Origin: an uncultured Acidobacteriota bacterium
Lineage (GTDB): Bacteria > Acidobacteriota > Polarisedimenticolia > J045
Length of the DNA stretch: 61,447 bases
Reading direction: 5' to 3'
NCBI GenBank assembly: GCA_964582785.1
Contig: CAZOTT010000004.1
Span: forward strand, 1 to 61,447
Under the pieces are notes generated by a model, which had not been told where the DNA came from, ran no database searches, and was given only the letters and a program-made list of their open reading frames with translations. Below are positions 1-9,488 of this stretch, piece by piece. A program made the position numbers and the translations under genes. Every line of letters begins with the position of its first letter. Position 1 is the first letter of the stretch.

Positions 1-395
1 GTCGCGGAGCGCGGCCGTCGGCGCACCTTCGAGCACGAGGTTTCGCAGGCCGTCGTTCATCCGCATGATCTCGAAGATCGCCAGCCGGCCGCGGAATCCG
101 CTGTAGTTGCACTCGCGGCAACCCTTGCCGTAGGCGAAGGTCTTCGCCCCTAGAGTGGAACGTTCGAGTCCAAGTTCGAGCAGGATCCTGTCGTCCGGCT
201 CGTACTCCGTCCGGCACGAGGGGCAGATGCGCCGCACGAGCCGCTGCGCCACGACGAACTCGAGCGTCGCCGTCAGAAGAAACGGCTCGAGCTCGAAGTC
301 GAGGAGCCGCGTGACCGCGGACGGAGCGTCGTTCGTGTGCAGAGTCGAGAACACGAGATGTCCGGTCAGGCTCGCCTCGATCGCGGTCCGCGCCG
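1..395 (-). pseudogene. GspE/PilB-family secretion ATPase, C-terminal fragment. It runs off the window start, and its 5' two-thirds are missing at an internal junction near 380-400.
   Basis: Own minus-strand translation: ..[85 protein letters not shown].. This shows the LTGH..STLHTN box and the CxxC..CxxC tetracysteine typical of T2SS/T4P ATPases. No Walker A or N-terminal region follows upstream. Confidence 0.6.
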
Positions 396-399
396 GCGC

Positions 400-870
400 G
401 ACCTGCTCCGCGACCTGGGGATCCGGGCCGTCAGGGTCTCCCCGATGCTGGCCGGCGTCGGGCTGCTCCACGAGCTGGCCCGGGAGGGGCGCCTCGCGAT
501 CCTCGCCCACCCCTCCTGGGGCGGTGTCGGCCGCGTGGCCCCCGAGATCCTCCTCGGCCGGATCTTCCGCCTGCTCGGCGCCGACGCCTCGATCTTTCCC
601 CATGCCGGCGGTCGCTTTGCCTGGAGCCGCGAGACCTGCCGCTCCCTGGCGGCCCGCCTGCGGGAGCCCTGGCACGGACTCGCGCCGGCCCTCCCGGTCC
701 CCGCGGGGGGGATGACCCTCGAGCGGATCCCGGAGCTGGTGCGGTTCTACGGGCGGGACGTGATGCTGCTCCTGGGGGGAAGTCTCTACCTGGCCGGGCG
801 CCATCTCGAGGAGCGGGCGCGGACCTTCGTCGACGCGGTGGCGGCCGCGTCCGCGGGGGTGGCGCCATGA
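400..870 (+). pseudogene. RuBisCO large-subunit-like protein (form IV RLP type), C-terminal ~150 aa only
   Basis: Frame of ORF 337..870: ..[103 protein letters not shown].. This matches the C-terminal barrel strands of RuBisCO/RLP (PV.xGG, GxD..L..GG). The N-terminal ~260 aa are absent. The stop overlaps the next start (ATGA). Confidence 0.55.
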
Positions 871-1343
871 ACCGCGACGGCCGGTCTCCCGGCCCCCCCC
901 CGCTCCGCCGGGAGACCTCTCCCTGCCAGTGGGAATCCGTGCCCGCCCGCGCCTACAAGCCCGCGGGCAGCGCCGACTTCCGGGACGTGACCCGGCGGGT
1001 CCTGTTCGACGCCCCGTGGGGGCTGCGCTCCCAGGTGCGCTGCTTCACGATCGGTCCCGGCGGCTACACCACCCTCGAGCGGCACCGCCACGTCCACGCC
1101 GTCATCATCCTCGAGGGCCGGGGAAGGGTGCTCGTGGGCCGCACTGTCTTCGACGTCGCTCCCCGGGACCTGGTCGCCGTCCCCCCGGAAACGTGGCACC
1201 AGCTCCGGGCCGCCCCCGACACGCCCCTCTCCTTCCTCTGCATCGTCGATGCGGACCGGGACCGGCCGGAGCTCCCCTCCGATGGTGACCTCGCCGAGCT
1301 GCGCCGTGACCCCGCGATCCGGGCGTTCCTCGACGGGCAGTGA
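867..1343 (+). CDS. cupin-domain protein
   Basis: 158 aa. Cupin motifs [22 protein letters not shown] and [12 protein letters not shown] overlap with the upstream RLP frame. Confidence 0.75.
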   Translation: MNRDGRSPGPPPLRRETSPCQWESVPARAYKPAGSADFRDVTRRVLFDAPWGLRSQVRCFTIGPGGYTTLERHRHVHAVIILEGRGRVLVGRTVFDVAPRDLVAVPPETWHQLRAAPDTPLSFLCIVDADRDRPELPSDGDLAELRRDPAIRAFLDGQ

Positions 1344-1851
1344 CCCGGGCGGGTAGCCCGGCGCGCGCCCCACCCCGCTGACAATTCCCGCGAGCTGCTC
1401 CCTGCCCCGACAGGGGGACGCTGCCGCAGGGCCAACCGGCACACCGCGCCGGGGCACCCCGAGCGGCGGGACCCGGGAGGGCGCCGGCCACCGGGGGCGG
1501 CCGACTCCGGCGAGCCGTGCGAGACCAGGCACTCGCGGGGTCCGGAGCGCCGAACCGGAGCCGCGAAGCGGCGGGGGCGCAGAGCGCCCGCGGCGAGCCG
1601 GCCGCCGCGCTACCGGGTGGCGCGCCCGGTCAGCGGCCTGCGAGCCGCCAGGCGCGAAGGACCCCGCGACCGCCGCCGGTCGAGCCGGCGAGACGGCCGG
1701 AGGCCGCCCCCGGCAGCCCGTGCCCCAGCGCCCGGGGCCGACACCACCCCCGCGGCCGCACCCGGCGGCCCACGCTCTTTTGTCCGTCGGGCTCACGGAC
1801 AGCGGCGGGCCGCCGGGGACGGCCCGCCGCGTCCCGGTCCCCGCGGGATGC

Positions 1852-2775
1852 TCAGAGCTTCTTCTTGAACTCCTCGATGGACCGGCGCAGGCGGTCGAAC
1901 AGGCCGGTTTCCGTGCCGCCTCCGCGGGTCTTCTTCTCGATCTCCGCGATCGTGTCGTAGAACTTCGCGTAGTCTTCCCGGGCCCCGTACCCGAGCGCCT
2001 CGGCCAGCTCGAGCTGGCGGCGGGCCATCTTCAGGTCGTCGGACAGCTTCTCTTCCTCTTCCCGGGTGCGCTTTTCCTTCTTCGCCAGCTCCGCCGCGCG
2101 TCGCAGCCACGCCTCCGCCCGGACGACCGGGAGCGGGATCACGCTGTCGACGACGACCAGGGTGGACAGGGCCTGCTGCAACGCCTCCTTCGCCCGATCG
2201 ATCTTCCCCTCGTCGATCAGGGGCACGACCTGCTTGATCGCGTCCGGCCAGGTGGAGAGAGGGATGTTGATCACGCGGACCACGATCTCGCTGCCGAGGT
2301 CCCTGAGGACACGCCTCGCCTCCTGCACCCGCCCCTCATCCAGCGCCTCGCGGGCCCGGTCCACCGAGCTCCGGATCTCCGCCACGTCCGCCCGCAGGTC
2401 GTGGGTGATCACCCGCACGTCCACCGGCGCGAGGGAAAGCTGCGGGTAGCGGGCAACGATCAGTTCCAGCTTGCCGACGGCGACGGCCAGGTCCTCGAGG
2501 GCGTCCTGCGGCTTCTTCCGGTCCAGGTCCCGCAGGGCGAGGTTGACCCGGGCGAGGGCGGTCACCGCCTCCTCCAGGATTTTCTTCCGCTCCTCCGTGG
2601 CGCGGGCCCCCGCCTCCTGCCGGCCGGCATCACCCCGCTCGCCGGCAACCGCCCGGCTCTTTTCCGCCTTCGCGCCCGGTTTGCCCGGCGACGGGGCCGC
2701 GAACCCGCCGCCCACCGCGAGACAGCCGGCGAGGATCACGATGGTGAGCACACGAATCCCCTCGATCATCTTCAT
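1852..2775 (-). CDS. secreted helical protein, YfdX-like (family assignment tentative)
   Basis: 307 aa. N-terminal signal with a possible lipobox (ILAGC). Repeated helical A..A..L..G modules (SEIVVRVINIPLSTWPDAIKQVVPLIDEGKIDRAKEALQQAL) resemble YfdX-family proteins. Codon usage and composition are unlike the shadow ORFs. Confidence 0.55.
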   Translation of the reverse strand: MKMIEGIRVLTIVILAGCLAVGGGFAAPSPGKPGAKAEKSRAVAGERGDAGRQEAGARATEERKKILEEAVTALARVNLALRDLDRKKPQDALEDLAVAVGKLELIVARYPQLSLAPVDVRVITHDLRADVAEIRSSVDRAREALDEGRVQEARRVLRDLGSEIVVRVINIPLSTWPDAIKQVVPLIDEGKIDRAKEALQQALSTLVVVDSVIPLPVVRAEAWLRRAAELAKKEKRTREEEEKLSDDLKMARRQLELAEALGYGAREDYAKFYDTIAEIEKKTRGGGTETGLFDRLRRSIEEFKKKL

Positions 2776-2939
2776 CGCGTTCTCTCCTTCTCCTGCCTGG
2801 TTCCGGCGGCTGCCGGGACGTCTCTCGGCCGCCGCCGCGCGCGGGCGCGGACCGCTGCCCGCGTTTCCTCTCGAGGAAATCCTGATGGGATCGCAGGGGG
2901 CCCGCCGTCAAGCGGCGGCCTCCTCTCACCCTGTCCCGC

Positions 2940-3752
2940 CTACCAGTAGCGCTCCACGTGCACCTGGCCCGGCTTCCCCCGGCTGCTCTCCTCGAATCCC
3001 TCCTCCGCGAGGACGGCCGCCATCGCCTCGATCATCCCCGGGGCGCCGCAGAGGAAGACGTCCGTGTTCGCGGGGGAAGGCCGGAAACCGGCCCGCTCGG
3101 CCAGCAGTCCGCTGCGCCAGGCGTCCTGCACGTAGCCCGTCGCTCCCCCCCAGGGGACGTGCTCCTCCCCGGGCCGGGAAACCACGGGAACGTACGCGAA
3201 CGCCGGGGAGAGCCGCTCCATCGTCTCCAGTTCTCCCCGGTAGCCCAGGTCCCAGGAGTGGCGGGCCCCGTGGAGCACGGCCCACCGCGCCCCCTCCCGC
3301 CGGTCGAGGAACGACCGCAGCATGCTCATGTAGGGCGCGAGCCCCGTACCGGTGGCCACGAGGACGACGTGCCGGCCCGGGGCGACCCGGTCCAGCGTGA
3401 AGTGCCCGGTCATCCGCGGCCGCAGGAAGAGCCGATCCCCGGCCTCGAGGGCGAACAGGCGGGGTGTCAGGCGCCCGGACCGGACGAGGGTGATGTAGAA
3501 CTCGACGTACTCCCGGGCCCGCGAGGAGGAAGCGACCGAGTAGGCCCGGCGGATCGGCTTCCCCGCCGGGGGAGGATCCTCCTCGGGGTCGGCGAGACGG
3601 TACCGGGGGGCGTCGGGGGGCAGGCCCAGCACGGTGTACTGCCCGGGCACGAACTCCGGCAGTTCCCACCCGTCGGGAGCGACCCGGAGGATCATCAGTT
3701 CCGGGGAAACCAGGACCTTCTGCCGCACGATCGCGTTCGGTTCCATGCCCAT
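2940..3752 (-). CDS. fpr: ferredoxin-NADP(+) reductase (FNR/Fpr family)
   Basis: C-terminal 270 aa of ORF 2940..5357, starting MGMEPNAIV. Motifs RAYSVAS (FAD binding), VLVATGTGLAPYMSML (NAD(P) binding) and C-terminal ..VHVERYW. The upstream part of the long ORF is a low-complexity extension. Confidence 0.85.
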   Translation of the reverse strand: MGMEPNAIVRQKVLVSPELMILRVAPDGWELPEFVPGQYTVLGLPPDAPRYRLADPEEDPPPAGKPIRRAYSVASSSRAREYVEFYITLVRSGRLTPRLFALEAGDRLFLRPRMTGHFTLDRVAPGRHVVLVATGTGLAPYMSMLRSFLDRREGARWAVLHGARHSWDLGYRGELETMERLSPAFAYVPVVSRPGEEHVPWGGATGYVQDAWRSGLLAERAGFRPSPANTDVFLCGAPGMIEAMAAVLAEEGFEESSRGKPGQVHVERYW

Positions 3753-3957
3753 GGCCGAAGCGTACCACCGGGAGCCCGGCCCCCGGCACCCCGCGCCCGC
3801 AGGGCGCCCCGTCCGGCTGCCCGGAACCGTCGTTCGTCCCCCGGATCCCGTCACCGGTGGACCGGGCCGGGATCCCGCCGCGTCGGCAGCGTAGCGTCCC
3901 CGGCGAACGGCGACGAAGTCCGCAGGTCGCGGACCGGATCGCCGGGAGGACCACGAG

Positions 3958-4539
3958 ATGCCCCGTTTCCACCTGTCGAACCTCTCCCCCGCCCTTCTCC
4001 TCGCCGCCCTCCTCGCGGCCGGTCCGCCGGCCGCCGCGTCGGACGGAAGGGGCGGGATGGACGCCTTCGTCGCCTCGCTGGAGGGCGCCTGGGTGGCGGA
4101 GCAGGTCGAAACGCCCCGCGGCGCGATGCCCTTCGCCCTGCTGTTCGAGCGGCTGCCGGACGGCAGCCTCCACGCCCACACCCCCCGGGACCGCGAGACC
4201 TTCGTGGACGTGACGTTCCGCCGCTCCTCCGACGGGCGCTGGCTGCTGGTCGAGCACGCCCGCTTGCCCGAGGCGGGCGACCAGCAGAGGATCCTGGTGC
4301 CCGCCGGCTCCGCCGGGGGCACCCGCCGCTTCGCCGACGCCATCGACCCGGACCTGGTGGCCCTCGACCTGGCGGTGACGGAGGACTCGATGGAGATCAC
4401 GGCCTGGGTGCGCGGGACGCGCCACGTCCACGGCACGCTCCACCGCCTGCCGGCGGAGGCGGTGCCCGGACTGCGCGAGCGGCTCCGGGCGATGGAAGCG
4501 CGTCCCCACCGGCCCCGGGCCGGGGAGGGGTCCCGGTGA
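3958..4539 (+). CDS. secreted hypothetical protein
   Basis: 193 aa. Signal peptide LSPALLLAALLAAGPPAAAS. The stop overlaps the GTG of the downstream histidine kinase (GTGA). Confidence 0.55.
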   Translation: MPRFHLSNLSPALLLAALLAAGPPAAASDGRGGMDAFVASLEGAWVAEQVETPRGAMPFALLFERLPDGSLHAHTPRDRETFVDVTFRRSSDGRWLLVEHARLPEAGDQQRILVPAGSAGGTRRFADAIDPDLVALDLAVTEDSMEITAWVRGTRHVHGTLHRLPAEAVPGLRERLRAMEARPHRPRAGEGSR

Positions 4540-5618
4540 GCGGGCGAGCCGCCGCGAGGGACGGGGGGAAGGCCCCCCGTCCCCCCCGGGCCGGGTGGCT
4601 GACCATCCTGGCCACCCTGCTCGCCGTCGCCGCCGGCCCGGCCCTGTTCCTCGCCCGGGAACCGGCCGCCCTTCCCCGCGCGTTCCTCTACAGCGCCATG
4701 GTCTCCCTCTGCATCGGCCTGCCCGTCTGGCTCGGCTGGCGTTTCCTGGTCCCCCGGATCGTCGCCCGCCGGCCGACCGCCCTCACGCTGGCCCTCGCGG
4801 GAGGCGGCGTGATCGTGGCCGGCGTTCTCGGGGGCGCCGTGGCCAGCCGCACCCTGCTCCGCGCGGTCGGCATCCCCGCGGGACCCGGCTACCTGGGGAC
4901 GGTCATCCGGATCGGGCTCGTCGTCTCGGTCGCGGTGTCGGCGGTCCTGGTCGCGGCACACCGCCTGCTGGAAGAGGTCCACCTCCGCCGCCTCGAGGCG
5001 GAGGAGGCCCGGCGGCGGGAGGTGGAGGCCCGTCTCGCGGCCCTCCGCGCCCGGGTCAACCCGCACTTCCTCTTCAACACCCTGAACACGATCGCCGGCC
5101 TGGTCCCCGAGGATCCGGCGGCCGCGGAACGCGCCGTCGAGGAACTGGCGGGGCTCCTGCGGTATACCCTCGAGGCCTCCCGGGCCGAGCGGATCCCCCT
5201 CGGCGAGGAGTTCGCGGTGGTCCGCCGCTACCTCGCCCTCGAACGTACCCGTCTCGGTGACCGCCTGCGGACGGAGATCGACCTCCAGGACGGCCTCGCG
5301 ACGCTGGCCGTGCCCCCGCTCCTCGTGCTGCCCCTCGTGGAAAACGCCGTGCGCCACGGGGTGGCTCCCCGCCCGGAAGGCGGTAGGATCGGCGTGGCGG
5401 CCCGCCGGGAAGGCCCGGACCTCGTGATCGAGGTCCGGGACGACGGGCCGGGCCCGTCCGGCTCCCCCGCCCGGGGCACCGGGACGTCTCTCGCCGACCT
5501 CCGGGCCCGGGTCGCCCTGCTAGGCGGTGAACTCCGGGCGGGACGGGGGCCGGGGGGCGGCTTCCTCGCCGCCGTGCGGTTGCCCCTCGCCGGCGGCCGG
5601 GACACGGACGGCCGATGA
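4536..5618 (+). CDS. LytS/YehU-type sensor histidine kinase
   Basis: C-terminal part of ORF 2958..5618. Several N-terminal TM helices, a His_kinase (PF06580-like) box RVNPHFLFNTLNTIAGL and a HATPase box LVLPLVENAVRHG..DDGPG. The GTG start at 4536 is chosen from coupling and is approximate. Confidence 0.8.
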   Translation: MSGRAAARDGGKAPRPPRAGWLTILATLLAVAAGPALFLAREPAALPRAFLYSAMVSLCIGLPVWLGWRFLVPRIVARRPTALTLALAGGGVIVAGVLGGAVASRTLLRAVGIPAGPGYLGTVIRIGLVVSVAVSAVLVAAHRLLEEVHLRRLEAEEARRREVEARLAALRARVNPHFLFNTLNTIAGLVPEDPAAAERAVEELAGLLRYTLEASRAERIPLGEEFAVVRRYLALERTRLGDRLRTEIDLQDGLATLAVPPLLVLPLVENAVRHGVAPRPEGGRIGVAARREGPDLVIEVRDDGPGPSGSPARGTGTSLADLRARVALLGGELRAGRGPGGGFLAAVRLPLAGGRDTDGR

Positions 5619-6370
5619 ACCTGCGCGCCCTGGTGGTGGACGACGAGGCGGTCGCGCGACGGCGACTCCGGCGACTCCTCGGCCGGGTCGGCGGCGTCGA
5701 CGTGGTCGGGGAGGCCCGGGACGGCCGGGAGGCCCTCGCGCGGATCGAGGAGCTGCGTCCCGACGTGGTCTTCCTCGACGTCCGGATGCCCGGCCTGGAC
5801 GGGCTGGCGGTCGCCCGGTCCGGGAACAACCTGCCCCCGATCGTCTTCACGACCGCCTGGAGCGAGCACGCGGTCGCCGCGTTCGACGCCGCGGCGGTGG
5901 ACTACCTGCTGAAGCCGGTGGAGGAGGCCCGCCTGCGCGTGGCGGTGGAACGGGTCCGCCGGCGGCTCGCCCGGGCCGTGGACCCCGGGGTCCTCGCGGG
6001 GCTCCTCGAACGGCTGCGGGAGGAGGCAGCTCCCGCCGCGCCCCCACGGCTCGCCGCCCGCCACGGGGGGGCGATCCACCTCCTCGACCCCCGCCGGATC
6101 ACCCGCCTCGTCGCCCGGGGGGGCTACGTGGCGGTGCATCTCGACGGCCGGGAATTCCTCCTCGAGGAATCCCTGGCGGAGCTGGAGCGGCGGCTCGCCC
6201 CCCTCGGGTTCCTCCGGGTCCATCGCTCCGAGCTCGTGCGCCTCGACGCGATCCGGCGGCTGCGGCGGGAGGGAGACGGGGGCGTCCTGGCCCTGGAGGA
6301 CGGGCAGGAGGCCCGGGTCAGCCGGCGTGCCCTCCCGGAACTCGTCGCCCGGCTCGGGATCGACGCCTGA
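5615..6370 (+). CDS. LytR/AlgR-family response regulator (REC + LytTR)
   Basis: 251 aa. Receiver motifs LVVDDE..DVVFLDVRMPGLDG..KP, with a C-terminal LytTR-like DNA-binding region. ATGA overlap with the kinase. Confidence 0.9.
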   Translation: MNLRALVVDDEAVARRRLRRLLGRVGGVDVVGEARDGREALARIEELRPDVVFLDVRMPGLDGLAVARSGNNLPPIVFTTAWSEHAVAAFDAAAVDYLLKPVEEARLRVAVERVRRRLARAVDPGVLAGLLERLREEAAPAAPPRLAARHGGAIHLLDPRRITRLVARGGYVAVHLDGREFLLEESLAELERRLAPLGFLRVHRSELVRLDAIRRLRREGDGGVLALEDGQEARVSRRALPELVARLGIDA

Positions 6371-6428
6371 CGGCGCCTCCGGCTCCGGCGCCGGTTCCCC
6401 GGGAACGCCCCCGCGCCCCGGGCTTCCC

Positions 6429-7619
6429 TCAGGAAATGACGCCGTGCTTCCGGCCGACCTTCGTGAAGGCCTCGATCGCCCGGTCGAGGTGGCTCTTCTC
6501 GTGGGCGGCGGAAACCTGCACGCGGATCCGCGCCTCGCCCTTCGGCACCACCGGGTAGAAGAAGCCGATCACGTAGATCCCCTCGGCCAGCAGGTCGTCC
6601 GCCATCTTCTGGGCGAGGACCGCGTCGTAGAGCATGATCGGCACGATCGGGTGCCATCCCGGCCTGATGTCGAAGCCGGCTGCGGTCATCTGCTCCCGGA
6701 AGTACTTCGTGTTGCTCTCCAGCCGGTCCCGGAGTTCCGTGGTCTCGGAAAGCCGGTCCAGCACCGCGATCGAGGCGCCGACGACCACGGGCGCCAGGGC
6801 GTTGGAGAACAGGTACGGCCGCGACCGCTGCCGCATCAGGTCGACGATCTCCCGGTGGCTGGCGATGAACCCGCCGGAAGCTCCGCCGAGGGCCTTCCCC
6901 AGCGTGCTGGTGACGATGTCCACCCGGTCCTGGACTCCCCAGTACTCGGGGGTGCCGCGGCCGGTCTTCCCGACGAACCCGGTCGCGTGGGAGTCGTCCA
7001 CCATGACCAGGGCGTCGTACCTCTCCGCCAGCTCGCAGATCTCGGGCAGCGGCGCCACGTCGCCGTCCATCGAGAAGACGCCGTCCGTGGCGATCATGCG
7101 GAAGCGCGCCCCCCGGGCTTCCTTGAGCTTCGCCTCGAGGTCGTTCATGTCACCGTGCTGGAAGATGTACCGGCGGGCCTTGCAGAGGCGGATCCCGTCG
7201 ATGATCGAGGCGTGGTTCAGCCGGTCGGTGATGATCGCGTCCTGCTCGCCGAGCAGGGGCTCGAAGACGCCGCCGTTGGCGTCGAAGGCCGCCGCGTACA
7301 GGATCGAGTCGTCGAGGCCGAGGAACCGCGCGATCTTCTCCTCGAGCTCGCGGTGGATGTCCAGGGTGCCGCAGATGAAGCGGACGGAGGACATGCCGTA
7401 ACCCCGCCGGTCGAGGACCCGGTGGGCCGCCTCGACCAGCCACGGTGCGCCGGACAGGCCCAGGTAGTTGTTCGCGCAGAAGTTGATCACCTGCCGCCCG
7501 TCGGCGAGGGTGATCTCCGCCCCCTGGGGGCTGGCGATGATCCGCTCGGTCTTCCACAGGCCGGACTCGCGGATCCCGTCGAGCTCCTGCCGCAGGAAAT
7601 CGCGCAGCTTGCCGTACAT
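6429..7619 (-). CDS. kbl: glycine C-acetyltransferase (2-amino-3-ketobutyrate CoA ligase)
   Basis: 396 aa. [17 protein letters not shown] and [13 protein letters not shown] (PLP lysine). Full-length colinearity with Kbl/AONS-family enzymes. Confidence 0.92.
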   Translation of the reverse strand: MYGKLRDFLRQELDGIRESGLWKTERIIASPQGAEITLADGRQVINFCANNYLGLSGAPWLVEAAHRVLDRRGYGMSSVRFICGTLDIHRELEEKIARFLGLDDSILYAAAFDANGGVFEPLLGEQDAIITDRLNHASIIDGIRLCKARRYIFQHGDMNDLEAKLKEARGARFRMIATDGVFSMDGDVAPLPEICELAERYDALVMVDDSHATGFVGKTGRGTPEYWGVQDRVDIVTSTLGKALGGASGGFIASHREIVDLMRQRSRPYLFSNALAPVVVGASIAVLDRLSETTELRDRLESNTKYFREQMTAAGFDIRPGWHPIVPIMLYDAVLAQKMADDLLAEGIYVIGFFYPVVPKGEARIRVQVSAAHEKSHLDRAIEAFTKVGRKHGVIS

Positions 7620-7635
7620 GACGCCTCCTTTCAGC

Positions 7636-8214
7636 TCAGCGAACGTACAGGTCGACGCGGCGGAACAGGTGCACCGTCCCGGCGACCAGCAGGAAGACCC
7701 ACAGGACGAGGAAGATCACCGCGCCGGCAAAGGCCCACCAGGGCACGGTCGCCGCCACCAGGTCCCACAGGCCCGCGTCCTGCGGCGCCGCTCCCTGCTT
7801 CTTCAGCGCGGCCAGGCCGAAGCTGGCGAGGCCCAGCAGGTGCTCCCGCGGCCAGGCGGCGGCGATCGCCAGGGCCAGCCCTCCCCAGCCGAAGAGCGGC
7901 CACAGCAGCCGCGCCATCCGGCGCCGCGCCAGCAGCAGCCCGCCCGCCAGCAGGAGGAGCACCGCGACCGCCAGGTGGGTCCAGGTGAAGACCTTCCACA
8001 GGCGCACGATCTGCCGGAAGTCCGGCCCCGGGGGCCGGGACCACGGGACGAGGTAGTCGAAGAACGGCACGGCCTCGACCGGGATCGCCCCGGGCGCCAC
8101 GCGGGCCAGGACCCACAGGCCGCCGACCAGGACCCCGGCGAAGACCGTGAGCAGGCCGAGCACGCGGCCCCAGCTTTCCGCCTCGAACCAGCCCAGACGC
8201 GCCGCGGGAGCCAT
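7636..8214 (-). CDS. integral membrane protein, unknown function
   Basis: C-terminal 192 aa of ORF 7636..8769, from [10 protein letters not shown]. Five or six hydrophobic helices. The rest of the ORF is a shadow over the next gene. Confidence 0.6.
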   Translation of the reverse strand: MAPAARLGWFEAESWGRVLGLLTVFAGVLVGGLWVLARVAPGAIPVEAVPFFDYLVPWSRPPGPDFRQIVRLWKVFTWTHLAVAVLLLLAGGLLLARRRMARLLWPLFGWGGLALAIAAAWPREHLLGLASFGLAALKKQGAAPQDAGLWDLVAATVPWWAFAGAVIFLVLWVFLLVAGTVHLFRRVDLYVR

Positions 8215-8234
8215 CAGCGGTCCTCCCGGCCCCG

Positions 8235-8762
8235 TCAGCGGAGTTTCTCGGTCCAGACGCGGTCCTCGAGGCGCTGGAGCACCTCGTCGGCGATCTCGTC
8301 CGGGGTGCGGCCCAGCGTCTCGACGACGACATCCGCCTGCTCGTATTCCCGCCGGAAGGTCTCGTAGCGGTTGATGAACGTCTCGTGGCCCTCCGGGTCC
8401 GCCCGGAGCGACCCCTTCTCGATCGCCCCCGCGATGCACTCCTCGAGGGAAGCGTCGACGAAGACGCTCACGCCGGCCTGTTCCATCGTGCGGCGGTTCC
8501 CCCGGTCGAGGAACGTCCGCGTGCCGAGGACGCAGACCGCGGGCGGGCCGGTGGCCACCGCCACCAGGGCCCGGCGCTGCCGCTGCCGGAACCCGCTGTC
8601 CCCTTCCCGGCGAAGAACCTCGACGAGGGGCATCCGGGCCGACGCCTCGATCACCTCGTCCAGGACGAAGAACGGCCGGTCCAGGCGGTCCGCGAGGACG
8701 CGGCCGACCTCGGCCCGCGGGGAACCCTCGTACCCGAGGACGAACAGTCGGTCGGGAATCAT
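8235..8762 (-). CDS. shikimate-kinase-like protein with degenerate P-loop
   Basis: 175 aa, colinear by eye with AroK (LFVLGYEGSPRAEVGRVLADRL..F.DxDE.IE..GE.GFR..E). Walker A GxxGxGKS is replaced by GYEGSPRA. Confidence 0.65.
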   Translation of the reverse strand: MIPDRLFVLGYEGSPRAEVGRVLADRLDRPFFVLDEVIEASARMPLVEVLRREGDSGFRQRQRRALVAVATGPPAVCVLGTRTFLDRGNRRTMEQAGVSVFVDASLEECIAGAIEKGSLRADPEGHETFINRYETFRREYEQADVVVETLGRTPDEIADEVLQRLEDRVWTEKLR

Positions 8763-8765
8763 GCT

Positions 8766-9485
8766 TCACTCACCTCCCGGGCTCGCCGGCTGCCGCCGGC
8801 TGCTCCCGTCGTCGCCGGGAATCGAGGGATCCCCGGCATGCACCCACCCCTTCTCCCCGGCGCGCACGGGAAAGGGCAGCGTGTTCTCTTCCGGGGTGCG
8901 CGGGCAGACGTAGATCTTCCTGCCGTAGGCACAGAGGGGATGGTAGGCCAGGTTGAAGTCGAGAACATACCAGCCGTCGGGTCCCGGGGCCAGATCGACG
9001 TACCGGCCGGCGGCGTAGGTTTCGCGCCCGGACGTGGCGTCGCGGAACGGCAGGAACAGGTCATCCTCGTGGCCCGGCGGCAGGTCCCGCAGGCGGTACA
9101 CCTGGAGCCGCCACCGCTTCCCGCCGTGGTCGAACTCCACGTACCCGACCCGGGCCGCCGGCCGCTCCTTCCCCGAGGTCGTCACCAGGATGAACGGAAC
9201 CTCCTCCGGCCACCGGTGGAGCCGGACGGCGAACCGCCACGAGGGGTCGTACGGCCAGTACTGCAGGCCCCGGAACGAGGCCCGCAGGTCTTCCCGCAGG
9301 GGCGAGTCCGGGTCGGTCCGGAACTCCTCGTCCTTCGCCGCCCGCCTCGCGGCGACCTCCTGCTCCGAGAGGAACGGCATCGCCTCCGGGGGCGGCGGCG
9401 TCTCCGCCGGCGGCGCCGGGCCCCCGCACCCGGCCGGGAGCAGCGCCAGCAGGCAGAGCCACCCGGAGGGGAACCGGGAGCGCAT
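8766..9485 (-). CDS. DUF1684-family lipoprotein
   Basis: 239 aa. Lipobox LLPAGC. Characteristic DUF1684 block FLPFRDATSGRETYAAGRYVDL..LDFNLAYHPLCAYG..YVCPRTPEEN.L..VRAGEK. Confidence 0.8.
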   Translation of the reverse strand: MRSRFPSGWLCLLALLPAGCGGPAPPAETPPPPEAMPFLSEQEVAARRAAKDEEFRTDPDSPLREDLRASFRGLQYWPYDPSWRFAVRLHRWPEEVPFILVTTSGKERPAARVGYVEFDHGGKRWRLQVYRLRDLPPGHEDDLFLPFRDATSGRETYAAGRYVDLAPGPDGWYVLDFNLAYHPLCAYGRKIYVCPRTPEENTLPFPVRAGEKGWVHAGDPSIPGDDGSSRRQPASPGGE

Positions 9486-9488
9486 CGC

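Noticed and set aside
400-870. Calling this a carbon-fixing RuBisCO large subunit (cbbL/rbcL)
   Set aside because: Only the C-terminal third is present. The GGxxGHP-type motif region reads GGSLYLAG, which is RLP-like. No small subunit, cbbX or Calvin-cycle genes are adjacent.
1783-1801. Hairpin gtccgt-cgggctc-acggac as the terminator of the YfdX-like gene
   Set aside because: The adjacent T-run (ctcttttg) lies on the wrong side of the stem for either strand to give a hairpin-then-U-tract terminator.
2940-5357. Very long N-terminal extensions of real genes in the ORF track: fpr as 805 aa, katG as 975 aa, dps as 785 aa, the LytS kinase as 886 aa and the M36 protease as 1355 aa.
   Set aside because: Homology, signal peptides and Shine-Dalgarno sites begin far downstream. 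The extensions overlap neighbouring genes on the other strand, so internal starts were used instead.
6372-6392. ggcgcc..ggcgcc palindrome after the LytTR regulator as a rho-independent terminator
   Set aside because: The stem is short, no U-tract follows, and such palindromes are expected by chance in this base composition.
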